The notes: generated by a model not told the origin, from the sequence alone. A stretch of DNA of 62,699 bases from an uncultured Candidatus Saccharibacteria bacterium (GCA_964456405.1 CAYVZB010000004.1:1-62699), one strand, 5' to 3'. Positions 28,228 through 38,095 are shown, counted from the stretch's first letter. A program made the numbers and translations.

Positions 28228-29277
28228 ATGCACGCTCATTCCAAAATAATTTTTCTTACCACGATGTGTCTTTTGGGTGTGACGTTTTTTTATACCGAAA
28301 GACTTACCCCTGAAACCACAGTGCCTAAACTATTAGAGAAAATTGTCGTGCACAAAAAAGTTTCACCCGAACCCGTAAAAATGCTTTTTGTAGGAGATAT
28401 CATGCTCGATCGGACAGTTGCAATTAGTGCAGATCAAAAAGGTACTGATTCGTTATTTTTAAAGGTTCAAGATCTTTTAGCTGGAGCAGACGTGACGGTT
28501 GGTAATCTTGAAGGTCCAATTACTGATAAGCCTTCTGTCGCAAAAAAAGACTTCTCGATTCTTCGATTCACCTTTGACCCAAAGTTTGCTCAGGTTTTGA
28601 AAAACTATGGTTTTTCTGCTTTGAGTTTGGCAAATAACCACTCATTAGATTTTGGCAGAGATGGGTATGATCAAACAACAAATTACCTTCAAAACGTTGA
28701 TATGGCTTTCTTCGGGTCTTATTTGAATGACAAAAACATATCCACGAGTATGCAGATGAAAGAGAAAAATATCTGCTTGGTCGGGTATCATGATTTGTTT
28801 ACGCATGATCCAGTGCCAGTGATAGACGAAATTACTCGTATTCGTTTGGAGTGCGACTACGTTGTTTTGTTCGCACATTGGGGAGAGGAATATCAAAAGA
28901 TTCAAGGAGATCGACAAACCAAACTCGCACATGAGTTTATCGATGCTGGGGCCGATTTGGTAATCGGTGCTCACCCACATGTAGTTCAGCCGGTTGAAAT
29001 ATATAAAAACAAAGCTATTTTCTACTCACTTGGTAATTTTATGTTTGATCAAAATTTTTCTTTTGCCACACGACATGGATTGGCTATAGAGGTTGAATGG
29101 AGTGAAGAAAAAACAGATTTTAAGCTGGTACCGGTAGCTATTAATGAAGCAGAAGTTGAAATTGCAAATGAGACAGATGGGGCTCGGGTGATTCGCGATG
29201 TTTTGGCTGAAGGATTGCTTTCGCCCGAGACCACTTCATCAATTTTAAATAGCTGGAATTTTGTTTTAGAGAATTAA
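28228..29277 (+). CDS. CapA/PGA_cap family metallophosphoesterase-like protein
   Basis: 349 aa. VGDIMLDR, GNLEGPIT, LANNHSLDFG, FAHWGEEY, GAHPHVVQP, YSLGNF. Confidence 0.8.
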   Translation: MHAHSKIIFLTTMCLLGVTFFYTERLTPETTVPKLLEKIVVHKKVSPEPVKMLFVGDIMLDRTVAISADQKGTDSLFLKVQDLLAGADVTVGNLEGPITDKPSVAKKDFSILRFTFDPKFAQVLKNYGFSALSLANNHSLDFGRDGYDQTTNYLQNVDMAFFGSYLNDKNISTSMQMKEKNICLVGYHDLFTHDPVPVIDEITRIRLECDYVVLFAHWGEEYQKIQGDRQTKLAHEFIDAGADLVIGAHPHVVQPVEIYKNKAIFYSLGNFMFDQNFSFATRHGLAIEVEWSEEKTDFKLVPVAINEAEVEIANETDGARVIRDVLAEGLLSPETTSSILNSWNFVLEN

Positions 29278-29312
29278 AAAAGACCCTGCACGTAATGCGA
29301 GCAGGGTCTTTG
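29276..29312. terminator. Bidirectional terminator between the capA-like gene and the PEP-CTERM gene
   Basis: AGACCCTGC (29281-29289) pairs with GCAGGGTCT (29301-29309), with an A-run before and T's after. Confidence 0.65.
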
Positions 29313-29347
29313 GCTACGAAGGAAACACATCAGGTGTGGACGAGCGA

Positions 29348-30034
29348 TCAGGCTCGCCGGCGACGGGTGGCGATGATGCCACCGAGACCGAGAAGCGCAG
29401 CAGAACCAGGAGCTGGGAGAATTGGCTGGGGGTGAAAGCTTGCGGTAACAATCCACTCGCTTTCCATCTCGATTTGCCAGTCGTAGGTGAAGTCAGGATG
29501 ACCGGCGGTAAAGATGCTGACATGGGATGTCGATCGCAGCGGAAGCGCACCATCTGCCCAAACACTTGAACTGGCGCCTCCGACCAGGTTGCCCGGTCGG
29601 CGGTAGATCGAAGCGTATGCATCAACGCTGATGCTGAGTACTTCGTCGAAGTCGTACGAGATGTCACCCATGTGGGTTCCCACCGTGACTTCCTGGAAGC
29701 TTGCATGCGAGCTGCTCGTCATGCCGTAGTTTTCCATAAAGTCGTAGAACGGGCCGACGGCATTGGTCCGGTCCACAAACATCCCACGAACATAGGTGTT
29801 GGTGTGGAGCCGGAGCTCGCCAAGGTATGAGCCTTGGTAGATGTCGATGCTCGTATTGAGCGTGATTGGGACCATGTTCTCGCCGTTGACCCCGCCCCTT
29901 GCGAAGTAGACACCGAGAGGGTCCATGCCGATGCTCGTGTTTTCGATGAAGTTCTGGCCGAAGGCCCGACTGGGCGCAACGAGCGCCATGAGCAGGGTCA
30001 AGGCCAAAACCGACACAAACAAGCGGATCTTCAT
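29348..30034 (-). CDS. Secreted protein with PEP-CTERM-like sorting signal
   Basis: 228 aa. Signal peptide (ALVAPSRAFG), C-terminal LPAPGSAALLGLGGIIATRRRRA. About 57% GC by spot count. AAAGGGA Shine-Dalgarno. Confidence 0.65.
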   Translation of the reverse strand: MKIRLFVSVLALTLLMALVAPSRAFGQNFIENTSIGMDPLGVYFARGGVNGENMVPITLNTSIDIYQGSYLGELRLHTNTYVRGMFVDRTNAVGPFYDFMENYGMTSSSHASFQEVTVGTHMGDISYDFDEVLSISVDAYASIYRRPGNLVGGASSSVWADGALPLRSTSHVSIFTAGHPDFTYDWQIEMESEWIVTASFHPQPILPAPGSAALLGLGGIIATRRRRA

Positions 30035-30246
30035 CGTGTTTCCCTTTGTCTAAGAACCGAAAGAAATGGATCAGCACACGCTGACCTCTGGTATAAGAGT
30101 AACATGCTGTTTATATTGTGTCAAGCATACATATAATCTAAATAGTCAAATATCATGGCCGTATTCAGCCCTGTATTGGTGGTAACAACCATACGCTCTT
30201 GCTTTCTTTTGATATAATTAACCATTATCCCTAAGCATTTTTCGGC

Positions 30247-31281
30247 ATGAAAACTATCAAAGTGGCAGTAAACGGTGCAGGACGAATTGGCAGAGCTTTC
30301 GTAAAACTTGCTCAAGAAAGAAAAGAGATCGAGATTGTTGCGGTTAATGACCTCGGAAGTCTTGAAAGCATCGTCTATCTTTTTAAATACGACACCGTAT
30401 ATGGGCCAACTCAGTTTCCAGTCGAAGCAGGTAAAGACGGTAAAACTATTTCTATTAATGGAAAGTCAGTAGCATTCGTTTCTGAAAAGGATCCAACAAA
30501 GCTTCCATGGGGAGCAATGAACGTCGATATTGTTGTTGAATCAACCGGTCTCTTTACTGCGTATGACAAAGCTCGTGCGCATCTCACTGCTGGTGCAAAA
30601 CGTGTCGTCGTAACTGCCCCTGTAAAGGATGAACCACCTGCGGACATCAAGGGTGCTACCGTGCTTATGGGTATCAACGATGATTTTTTGACCGATGTTC
30701 AAATTAGCTCAAACGCTTCGTGTACAACAAACGCTGGATCACCCGTTATGGCAATTCTTCATGAGGCGATTGGAATTGAAAAAGCGATGCTTAACACGGT
30801 CCACGGATACACCGCCAGCCAGGCTCTCGTTGATGGTCCAAGTAAAAAGGATCTTCGTGAGGGACGAGCTGCAGCACAAAATATTGTTCCGTCATCAACC
30901 GGTGCGGCGATTGCTGTTACGCAAGCACTCCCGGAACTTAAGGGAAAATTTGATGGTATTTCTATCCGTGTTCCAGTGCCAGTAGGTTCCATTGCCGACA
31001 TTACATTCGTCTCAAAGCGAAACACTTCCGTAGAAGAAGTTAACGATATTCTCACGAAAGCCGCAAAGGAAAAACGTTGGCAAAAAGTGTTTTCTGTTAC
31101 AGATGAGCCGTTAGTTTCTTCGGATATTATTGGCAATCCTCATGCATCAATTGTTGATCTTGCAATGACTCGCGTTGTCGATGGAAACTTGGTAAAGGTT
31201 TTAGCTTGGTACGACAATGAAATGGGGTATACACATGCGCTCATGGAGCATGTGGTGAAGTCGGGGAGTTCAATTAAATAG
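30247..31281 (+). CDS. gap: Type I glyceraldehyde-3-phosphate dehydrogenase
   Basis: 344 aa. NGAGRIGR, active-site SNASCTTN, WYDNEMGY. Confidence 0.95.
   Translation: MKTIKVAVNGAGRIGRAFVKLAQERKEIEIVAVNDLGSLESIVYLFKYDTVYGPTQFPVEAGKDGKTISINGKSVAFVSEKDPTKLPWGAMNVDIVVESTGLFTAYDKARAHLTAGAKRVVVTAPVKDEPPADIKGATVLMGINDDFLTDVQISSNASCTTNAGSPVMAILHEAIGIEKAMLNTVHGYTASQALVDGPSKKDLREGRAAAQNIVPSSTGAAIAVTQALPELKGKFDGISIRVPVPVGSIADITFVSKRNTSVEEVNDILTKAAKEKRWQKVFSVTDEPLVSSDIIGNPHASIVDLAMTRVVDGNLVKVLAWYDNEMGYTHALMEHVVKSGSSIK
31204..31281 (+). repeat. Direct repeat copy 1 (functional gap 3' end)
   Basis: 67/78 nt identical to 31500-31577. Confidence 0.9.
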
Positions 31282-31500
31282 ATGCAAAACAAAATGACAT
31301 TAATAATCATGGGTGCAGCTATCGTGATTATAGTTGCTGGGTCTCTTGTATATATGAGGTCATCCTGCACTGGATTGTGGGAACGACAACCTTCTAAGAT
31401 TCCATCAAACCTTCTTTCAAAAAAAGAAGGTGAACCCGATGATTATACAAAATGTGTATACGTCGGTTTTTCAGAAATGATAGATAGATGGAAAAAGTAG
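31282..31500 (+). CDS. Small membrane-anchored protein inside the gap-tail duplication
   Basis: 72 aa. ATG directly abuts the gap TAG. TM helix LIIMGAAIVIIVAGSLVY. Confidence 0.4.
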   Translation: MQNKMTLIIMGAAIVIIVAGSLVYMRSSCTGLWERQPSKIPSNLLSKKEGEPDDYTKCVYVGFSEMIDRWKK

Positions 31501-31577
31501 CTTGGTACGACAATGAAATGGGGTATACGCACGCACTTATGGAGCATGTGGTGAAGTTGGGGCAAGCGATTAAATAA
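31500..31577 (+). pseudogene. Displaced relic of a gap 3' end (26 codons including stop, no upstream ORF)
   Basis: Would encode AWYDNEMGYTHALMEHVVKLGQAIK*. The first four differences from copy 1 are synonymous. Confidence 0.75.
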
Positions 31578-31584
31578 AATAAAC

Positions 31585-31935
31585 ATGAAAAATTTCTTTA
31601 AGTTTACAAAGCCTAAAGTTTTTTTAGCTATTTTTTTGTTTTTAGTTTCTGTAATGACGTATTTGACACTTACTTACGATTTTGCGTGCGGGTCGGGATT
31701 ACATAGTTCCTTCTGTCCTTTTTTTGAATCAATATACCAACTTTCAAAGCACATTCCGGATCTGTTTTGGCAATTTGTGATTGCGCCTGTGTTCATCGTT
31801 AGACCTGGTGATTTTGTGGCTTTAGCCATGATGTTTATGCTTCGGGATTATTTCTTATCCTGTGTCATCATTTTGCTGTTCAATCAGGCACGGCGGTTAA
31901 TAAAAGATTCTCCATCTTCTGATCAAAAACCGTAA
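31585..31935 (+). CDS. Hypothetical membrane protein
   Basis: 116 aa, 3 hydrophobic segments. Confidence 0.45.
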   Translation: MKNFFKFTKPKVFLAIFLFLVSVMTYLTLTYDFACGSGLHSSFCPFFESIYQLSKHIPDLFWQFVIAPVFIVRPGDFVALAMMFMLRDYFLSCVIILLFNQARRLIKDSPSSDQKP

Positions 31936-31971
31936 ATTTAGGTGTCTGTCAGTGTGTTAAAATCGTACTTT

Positions 31972-32400
31972 ATGAAACGACCAATCCTCATAGTTACAGG
32001 AATTATTATTCTTGTTGCAATCGGCGTGGGCTGGTCATTTACTCACAAAACAACATTTGCACCGACAGATGGCACCCCACTGCCAGTTCGCACAGAAGAC
32101 CTCACAAACGTACAGATCGGCAAAACCTCACAAGGAACGACTGAAGTCGCAATTACTCCGCTTCAAATTATCGAAGACAGTAGGTGTCCGCAGGGTGTGC
32201 AATGCATCTGGGCTGGGAGAGTTGTTGTAAAAGCCAGAATTGCAGAGGGGGATTTTAGTAAAGAATATAATTTTGCTGAAGGGGAAGGGGTAACCACTGA
32301 TCTCGGTGAAATTACCATGATGAAAGTTTCCCCGGTACCTGTTCATAATAAACCACTTAAACCAGAAGACTATCAAATGACATTTCACATCGAGAGGTAA
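31972..32400 (+). CDS. Hypothetical membrane-anchored protein
   Basis: Start MKRPILIVTGIIILVAIG inside track ORF 31942..32400. Confidence 0.5.
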   Translation: MKRPILIVTGIIILVAIGVGWSFTHKTTFAPTDGTPLPVRTEDLTNVQIGKTSQGTTEVAITPLQIIEDSRCPQGVQCIWAGRVVVKARIAEGDFSKEYNFAEGEGVTTDLGEITMMKVSPVPVHNKPLKPEDYQMTFHIER

Positions 32401-32441
32401 TTTCATTGGTATAATAAATTCGTATTAGTTAAATCCATAAA

Positions 32442-33089
32442 ATGAATCCAAACGAAATTAACCAAACTTCACAAGTGCCTCCGACAATTCCTCCGATCCA
32501 ACCCCCATCAACCCCACAGACCAATAAAAGACTTGAAGTGCCTTTGGTTTTACTGCTGATTGTGGGTGCTTCTGCGGTCGTGTTTTGGTTCTGGTGGAGC
32601 AATTCTCAGCCAAATTTAGGTGTAACTCCAATCGATGTCCCGAATACTCAAAATGACACTAACGGATCAGTAGTTGATCAAAATAATAAAATACAAATGA
32701 ATGATAATGAAGCAAAAATTGCGCTTGTTCAACAAATTTATAATGCATACAAAAACAAAGACGTTGAAACTATAAAAATTCTCATGAAAACGAGGATTAA
32801 GAATCTTGCAACAGAACAGGGTGAGTCTGAAGCCGAAATGGAAAAGGAGGTGGTTAAGGCTCTTTTAGTGAGTTTGAATGATCCAACGACACCCCTGCTC
32901 GAACTTGATCCTGCAACTCTAACTTTTACCCCTACACAAGACCCCGCTGTTTTTCTAGTAAAGGCCCGACGACCTCAATCTACAAATCTATACGATCCTT
33001 TGACTTTCTATGACCCAAATGAAGACGTCGCGGTATTGGATGAATTGTACATTTCCAACATAGACGGCCAGTGGGTATGGGTCAAGTAA
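32442..33089 (+). CDS. Hypothetical membrane-anchored protein, Pro-rich N-terminus
   Basis: 215 aa, one TM helix (VPLVLLLIVGASAVVFWFWW). Confidence 0.5.
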   Translation: MNPNEINQTSQVPPTIPPIQPPSTPQTNKRLEVPLVLLLIVGASAVVFWFWWSNSQPNLGVTPIDVPNTQNDTNGSVVDQNNKIQMNDNEAKIALVQQIYNAYKNKDVETIKILMKTRIKNLATEQGESEAEMEKEVVKALLVSLNDPTTPLLELDPATLTFTPTQDPAVFLVKARRPQSTNLYDPLTFYDPNEDVAVLDELYISNIDGQWVWVK

Positions 33090-33156
33090 GTTGTTTTGTG
33101 TCTCTAAAAATATTTCCGTGTGCACTTAGAAAAGTTTTGCGTGATAAAATATTTAG

Positions 33157-33645
33157 ATGAAAAAAATCCTCATCGCTTCAGACCATGCCGGTTTCGAACT
33201 CAAGCAAGCCCTTATTCCGCTTCTTCATGACATGGGTTATGAAGTAAAGGATTTTGGTGCACATTCTTTTGTTGAGGATGATGATTATCCGGATTATATA
33301 GCGCCACTTGCAAAAGAAGTTTCGGAAAGTGGCGGGGTTGAGCAGGGAATAGTGATCGGTGGCTCTGGTCAGGGTGAAGCAATTGTGGCAAATCGATTCC
33401 GCCACGTGCGGGCGATTGTGTGCAATGGTATTTCTGATCAGCACAATCACGATACAGTGAATCCATTGAACTTTATGGTTCAAACCGCTCGAGCCCACAA
33501 CGACGCAAACGTACTTTCTCTTGGTGCTCGGTTTCTGGCTGTTTCAGATGCAAAAGAAGCAGTCAAAACATTTCTGACCACCGAATTTAGTGAAGAAAAA
33601 AGACACGAAAGAAGGCTCAAGAAGCTTGATGAATTAAGTAAATAA
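33157..33645 (+). CDS. rpiB: Ribose-5-phosphate isomerase B
   Basis: 162 aa. ASDHAGFELK, GIVIGGSGQGEAIVANR. Confidence 0.9.
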   Translation: MKKILIASDHAGFELKQALIPLLHDMGYEVKDFGAHSFVEDDDYPDYIAPLAKEVSESGGVEQGIVIGGSGQGEAIVANRFRHVRAIVCNGISDQHNHDTVNPLNFMVQTARAHNDANVLSLGARFLAVSDAKEAVKTFLTTEFSEEKRHERRLKKLDELSK

Positions 33646-33646
33646 C

Positions 33647-34357
33647 ATGGTTGAGATCATTCCAGCAATTCTTCCAAAAACTTTCGATGATTTAAGTCAA
33701 AATCTTTCGGAGGTTTCTGGGCTCACAAAAATGGTTCAGGTTGATATCTGCGATGGCGTATTTGTAAAGAATAAAACCTGGCCATACATTCAAAAAAACG
33801 ATCCGGATTTTGCTGAAATACTAAAGGAAAATGGCGGTTTTCCATATTGGGAAGAAATAGATTTTGAGGCAGATCTTATGATCAAGCCAACTCTTGAAGA
33901 AGTTACAAAATGGGTTACTGCGGGTGCAAAAAGACTCGTGATTCATGCTGAATCAATAGAAAATCCTGCCGAATTTATTGAACAGATTCGAAATTCTCTT
34001 CCCGGATCAGACTCTGTGTTTAATACTGAGATTGGAGTCGCCATTAATCCTGATACTCGAAACGAAGTGCTTAAGCATGTCGTAAAGCACGTCGACTTTA
34101 TTCAATGCATGGGTATTAAAAACATTGGCTATCAAGGTGAACCGTTTGACACAACGGTTTTAGAAAAGATTCATGAACTACGAGTTCTATATCCGAATGT
34201 TACAATAAGTGTTGACGGTGCAGTGAATGAAGAAACGGCACCGCAACTTATCGATGCCGGCGCAACTCGACTCGTAATCGGTTCAGCGATTTTTGAAAGT
34301 GGCGATATTCCAGGCACGATTCAGTTTTTCCAAAGTTTGGCTACCGCGGAAGAATAG
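33647..34357 (+). CDS. rpe: Ribulose-phosphate 3-epimerase-like protein
   Basis: 236 aa. IIPAIL, VDICDGVFV, AGAKRLVIHAE, INPDT, VDGAVN, GSAIF. Confidence 0.75.
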   Translation: MVEIIPAILPKTFDDLSQNLSEVSGLTKMVQVDICDGVFVKNKTWPYIQKNDPDFAEILKENGGFPYWEEIDFEADLMIKPTLEEVTKWVTAGAKRLVIHAESIENPAEFIEQIRNSLPGSDSVFNTEIGVAINPDTRNEVLKHVVKHVDFIQCMGIKNIGYQGEPFDTTVLEKIHELRVLYPNVTISVDGAVNEETAPQLIDAGATRLVIGSAIFESGDIPGTIQFFQSLATAEE

Positions 34358-34389
34358 TTGGTGTTTTTGCGGCAACAGTAAAATAAGTA

Positions 34390-35259
34390 ATGCATGAACT
34401 TAACGATATAAAAGCAAAGCACCTTGAATTAAAGGCCAATGCGGTCCGTCAGTCTATTATAAAAATGCTTCTCGAGGCTGGATCGGGTCATACAGCAGGG
34501 CCACTTGGTATGGCTGATATTTTTACTGCTCTCTATTTTCATATTTTAAATCACAATCCAAAACAGCCTGACTGGGAAGAACGTGACAGGGTTGTCCTTT
34601 CAAATGGTCATATTTGTCCTGTGCTCTATGCAACAATGGCTCACGCTGGGTATTTTTCAATAGACGACCTGCAGACATTGCGAAAGTTCGGTTCAAAACT
34701 TCAAGGTCATCCACACCGAGAATATTTGCCGTCTCTTGAAACAAGCTCTGGACCTTTGGGCACCGGACTTTCTCAGGCTGTTGGAATGGCAATCGCAAGT
34801 CGCATAGATCATGGACTTACAGGTGGCCCATTTATCTATGCTCTCTTAAGTGACGGTGAGCACGACTGTGGAAATATCTGGGAGGCGGCAATGTTGGCGG
34901 GTAAAGAAAAACTTAGAAATTTGATTGCCTTTGTTGATCGAAATAATATTCAGATTGATGGATACACCGAAGACATCATGCCGATCGAACCACTTGCCGA
35001 CAAATGGCGAGCATGGAATTGGCATGTGATTGAAATCGATGGTCACAACATGCAAGAGATCGTGGAGGCAGTGAACCAAGCCAAAGCCGTTTTTGAAAAG
35101 CCGTCAGTAATTATTGCTCATACGATTCCGGGTAAGGGTGTACCAGATTTTGAGCGAAAGTTTGAATGGCACGGTAAGCCACCAAATAAAGAAGAGGCGA
35201 AGGTTGCTTTGAATGCGTTGAGAACACTAGAGGGAAAGATTAAATCAGAGCATCAGTAA
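34390..35259 (+). CDS. Transketolase, N-terminal (TPP-binding) subunit
   Basis: 289 aa. GSGHTAGPLGMADI, SNGH, LSDGEHDCGNIWEA. Confidence 0.9.
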   Translation: MHELNDIKAKHLELKANAVRQSIIKMLLEAGSGHTAGPLGMADIFTALYFHILNHNPKQPDWEERDRVVLSNGHICPVLYATMAHAGYFSIDDLQTLRKFGSKLQGHPHREYLPSLETSSGPLGTGLSQAVGMAIASRIDHGLTGGPFIYALLSDGEHDCGNIWEAAMLAGKEKLRNLIAFVDRNNIQIDGYTEDIMPIEPLADKWRAWNWHVIEIDGHNMQEIVEAVNQAKAVFEKPSVIIAHTIPGKGVPDFERKFEWHGKPPNKEEAKVALNALRTLEGKIKSEHQ

Positions 35260-35260
35260 T

Positions 35261-36244
35261 ATGATTCATAGAACTCTAAATCAAAAAATTTTAGATCACG
35301 ATGTCGAGCAGGTGCCGATTCGTAAGGGCTATGGTGAAGGTTTGCTTGCTGCAGGTGAAGCGGATGAACGGGTGGTTGCGTTGTGTGCGGATTTAACCGA
35401 ATCAACTCAGACTCATGTGTTTGCAAAAAAGTTCCCTAAACGTTTTGTTGAAATTGGTGTGGCAGAACAAAATTTAGCTTCGGTTGCGTCTGGTATGGCC
35501 GCAATGGGCAAAATCCCTTTTATTACTTCATACGCCATGTTTTCGCCTGGGCGAAATTGGGAACAAATTCGTACGACGATCTGCTATAACGACCGACCAG
35601 TGAAAATCATTGGTTCCCATGCAGGAATTTCTGTTGGTCCTGATGGTGGAACTCATCAGGCGATCGAGGACATTGCAATTACTCGAGTAATTCCTCGGAT
35701 GGTCGTAATTTCTCCCTGTGACAGTATTGAAGCAAAAAAAGCGACCATGGCCGCAGCAAAAAATGGCACCCCAGTCTATATACGTCTTGGTCGCGAGAAA
35801 ACTCCAGTCATTACCACTGAACAAACTCCTTTTGAAATAGGTAAGGCCCAGGTTTTTTATGAGTCAATCAAGCCCGATGTGGTAATTGTTGCGACTGGAG
35901 CGCTAGTTCACAAAGCAATTTTGGTTGCGAATGAGCTCGGCAAAGAGGGAATTCAAATCAATGTTGTAAATCTTGCAACCATCAAACCGCTCGACGAAGA
36001 AACAATCATTGATCAGGCAAAAAAAGCTGGAGCGGTTGTAACCGTCGAAGAACATCAGATCCGCGGTGGTATGGGCAGTGCAGTTGCCGAATGTTTGGCA
36101 AAAAATCACCCAGTACCAATAGAGTTTGTTGGTGTCGATGACAAATTTGGTCAGTCAGGAACCCCCGATGAGCTTATTGAACATTACGGAATGGGAGTTG
36201 ATGCTATTACAAAAGCAGTAAAGAAAGTTATATCCAGAAAATAA
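35261..36244 (+). CDS. Transketolase, C-terminal (pyrimidine-binding) subunit
   Basis: 327 aa. FVEIGVAEQN, GPDGGTHQAIEDIA. Confidence 0.9.
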   Translation: MIHRTLNQKILDHDVEQVPIRKGYGEGLLAAGEADERVVALCADLTESTQTHVFAKKFPKRFVEIGVAEQNLASVASGMAAMGKIPFITSYAMFSPGRNWEQIRTTICYNDRPVKIIGSHAGISVGPDGGTHQAIEDIAITRVIPRMVVISPCDSIEAKKATMAAAKNGTPVYIRLGREKTPVITTEQTPFEIGKAQVFYESIKPDVVIVATGALVHKAILVANELGKEGIQINVVNLATIKPLDEETIIDQAKKAGAVVTVEEHQIRGGMGSAVAECLAKNHPVPIEFVGVDDKFGQSGTPDELIEHYGMGVDAITKAVKKVISRK

Positions 36245-36319
36245 TTATTTGACCACCTCTGCTTCTTCTCTTACACTGTCTAAGGATCGATCATACCTAA
36301 ACCCAGGAGGACTATAACC

Positions 36320-36649
36320 GTGTTGCAAACCAAGAGCGGTGTGCATGTTGGTAAGATCTACCGGCATTTCAAGGGTGGGTTGTACTTGGTGTTGAGTATC
36401 GCCAAACATTCAGAGACAAAGGAGGAATACGTCGTCTACAAACCTCTGTATGACTCGGAGGTTTCGTTGTGGGTACGACCACTCACCGAGTTCGTCCAAG
36501 AGGTTGAACATGGGGAAAAGCGTGTTCCACGGTTTGCCATGGAGGAACAAACCACTCTACAGCTTGGGGACCACAGGTCAGCGGAAGAAACGAATCACAG
36601 AGTGAAACCTGGCAATTTGTTCCTTAGGCGCGTAGTAAAGCGCAGGTAG
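36320..36649 (+). CDS. DUF1653 domain protein
   Basis: 109 aa. YRHFKGGLYLVL..A.HSETKEEYVVYKPLY. GTG start with AGGAGG Shine-Dalgarno. GC-rich. Confidence 0.7.
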   Translation: MLQTKSGVHVGKIYRHFKGGLYLVLSIAKHSETKEEYVVYKPLYDSEVSLWVRPLTEFVQEVEHGEKRVPRFAMEEQTTLQLGDHRSAEETNHRVKPGNLFLRRVVKRR

Positions 36650-36663
36650 AAATTTTCGAACAT

Positions 36664-36697
36664 AAAACACCGTCATGGGACGGTGTTTTACTTTTTT
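36664..36697 (+). terminator. Intrinsic terminator after the DUF1653 gene
   Basis: AAAACACCGTC/GACGGTGTTTT stem followed by a T-run. Confidence 0.75.
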
Positions 36698-36912
36698 AAG
36701 CCAAGACCCCAGTCTATTTTTTTGTGTTCGGCGCTGAAATATTTGAAATAAATCGATTATCAAGATCTTTCACTTCCTGATACTTGGTGCCAATAAAAAA
36801 GGTAAGAATTGGGAAGGCGATTAAAAAGAACAACAACGAAGCCCATTTTGAATACCAAGTTACTTTATTCCACTCAATTTTGTTTCGATTTCTCATTTGG
36901 TGTAGCTTAAAA

Positions 36913-37905
36913 TTAAATTTTTCTTGGAGCGTAATCTTTTGGAGCATTCTTCAAATATTCTTCAAGTTTTGCTCGAGTTAGAAGGCCTTTTTGGGCACCA
37001 ACTTCTTGTACGACACTCATTGAGTTAATTGGACCCCATTGAAGTGCTTCAGAAAGTGGTTTGCCAAGAGCCAGTGCAACGGCGACCGTTGAAGCAAACG
37101 CGTCTCCGGCACCGGTTCGTTCGTATGGTGCTTTGGGGTCGGGATATGTTGGCATGAACCAGTAGTCTGTACCGTCGTGGGCATATGCTCCCTTGGGTCC
37201 GTCTGTAATAACAACAATCTTTGGACCAAGTGTTCGCATAGAAGAAAGAAGTTCTTTGATTTCAGCATTTTCCTTTTTCAAAATTCGTTTTGCTTCTTCG
37301 ACATTGCAGAAAAATATATCTGATCGCTTGTAGAAAGACATGAGTTTTTCAATACCAGCATTCATTTGGAATGTGCCAGGCTGAAAAGCGACTTTAATAT
37401 CCGGATTTTTTTCAAGCCAGGCTGCAATTTCGAGCTGGTAATTGAGTGATTCGGCACCAAGGGAGGTGATGTACACCCACTTTGGATTGCGCCATGGAGC
37501 AGAGAACACATACTCAAAATCTTCGTGTTTTACAAGAATTGTTCGTTCGTCTTCGTACCAGAGAACATAATGATAGTTAGTTTTTTTACCGCGGTGCTTT
37601 TTAACAAATCGTGTTGAAACACCGTTTTTCTTAAGAGAATTGATGCAGTCTTTGCCGTGTGCGTCATCGCCAACATCTGTCATTGACGCAGAATTTAGTC
37701 CTAGGCGGGCCGCAGAAACAGCCGCATTTGGTCCGTTGCCCACACCGCTTATAACATCGACAAATTCAAAAGGGATTTTTTCGCCAAAAGGCATGCAGAT
37801 TTCGCATCCTTCGTGGTTTACGTTGCAGTGAACAGAAGCCTGATGAAGTCGAATAAAAGCATCGACAACAATGTCGCCGATAGCCAGAAAATCAATTGGT
37901 TTCAT
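36913..37905 (-). CDS. PfkB-family carbohydrate/nucleoside kinase
   Basis: 330 aa. C-terminal GAGDAFAS motif, N-terminal DxxVD sugar-binding region. Confidence 0.85.
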   Translation of the reverse strand: MKPIDFLAIGDIVVDAFIRLHQASVHCNVNHEGCEICMPFGEKIPFEFVDVISGVGNGPNAAVSAARLGLNSASMTDVGDDAHGKDCINSLKKNGVSTRFVKKHRGKKTNYHYVLWYEDERTILVKHEDFEYVFSAPWRNPKWVYITSLGAESLNYQLEIAAWLEKNPDIKVAFQPGTFQMNAGIEKLMSFYKRSDIFFCNVEEAKRILKKENAEIKELLSSMRTLGPKIVVITDGPKGAYAHDGTDYWFMPTYPDPKAPYERTGAGDAFASTVAVALALGKPLSEALQWGPINSMSVVQEVGAQKGLLTRAKLEEYLKNAPKDYAPRKI

Positions 37906-38095
37906 GGGGGGAATTATAACACGGTACTCGTTTGGTACATTTTCGCTTCGCGAGCGCCTCAGGTCGGTATCAATTGTCTCCAGTTCGCTTGGCTCACTGT
38001 CGACATTTGATCCCTCGCGGCGCGTTTACGGCAATAATTCACCTTTCTCGCTTCGCGCCGGAGGAGTATATTTTGCTCATGGTACAATTTATTTC

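Noticed and set aside
29314-30136. Overlapping ORFs 29314..29706(-), 29664..30077(-), 29719..29979(-) and 29834..30136(+).
   Set aside because: These are alternative frames of the GC-rich PEP-CTERM gene. Only the 29348..30034 frame has a signal peptide, a Shine-Dalgarno sequence and a recognisable C-terminal sorting motif.
37871-38095. 75-codon N-terminal extension of the aldolase ORF.
   Set aside because: The extension runs through the divergent promoter and repeat region and overlaps the pfkB start. The conserved aldolase sequence begins at the internal Met (38096).
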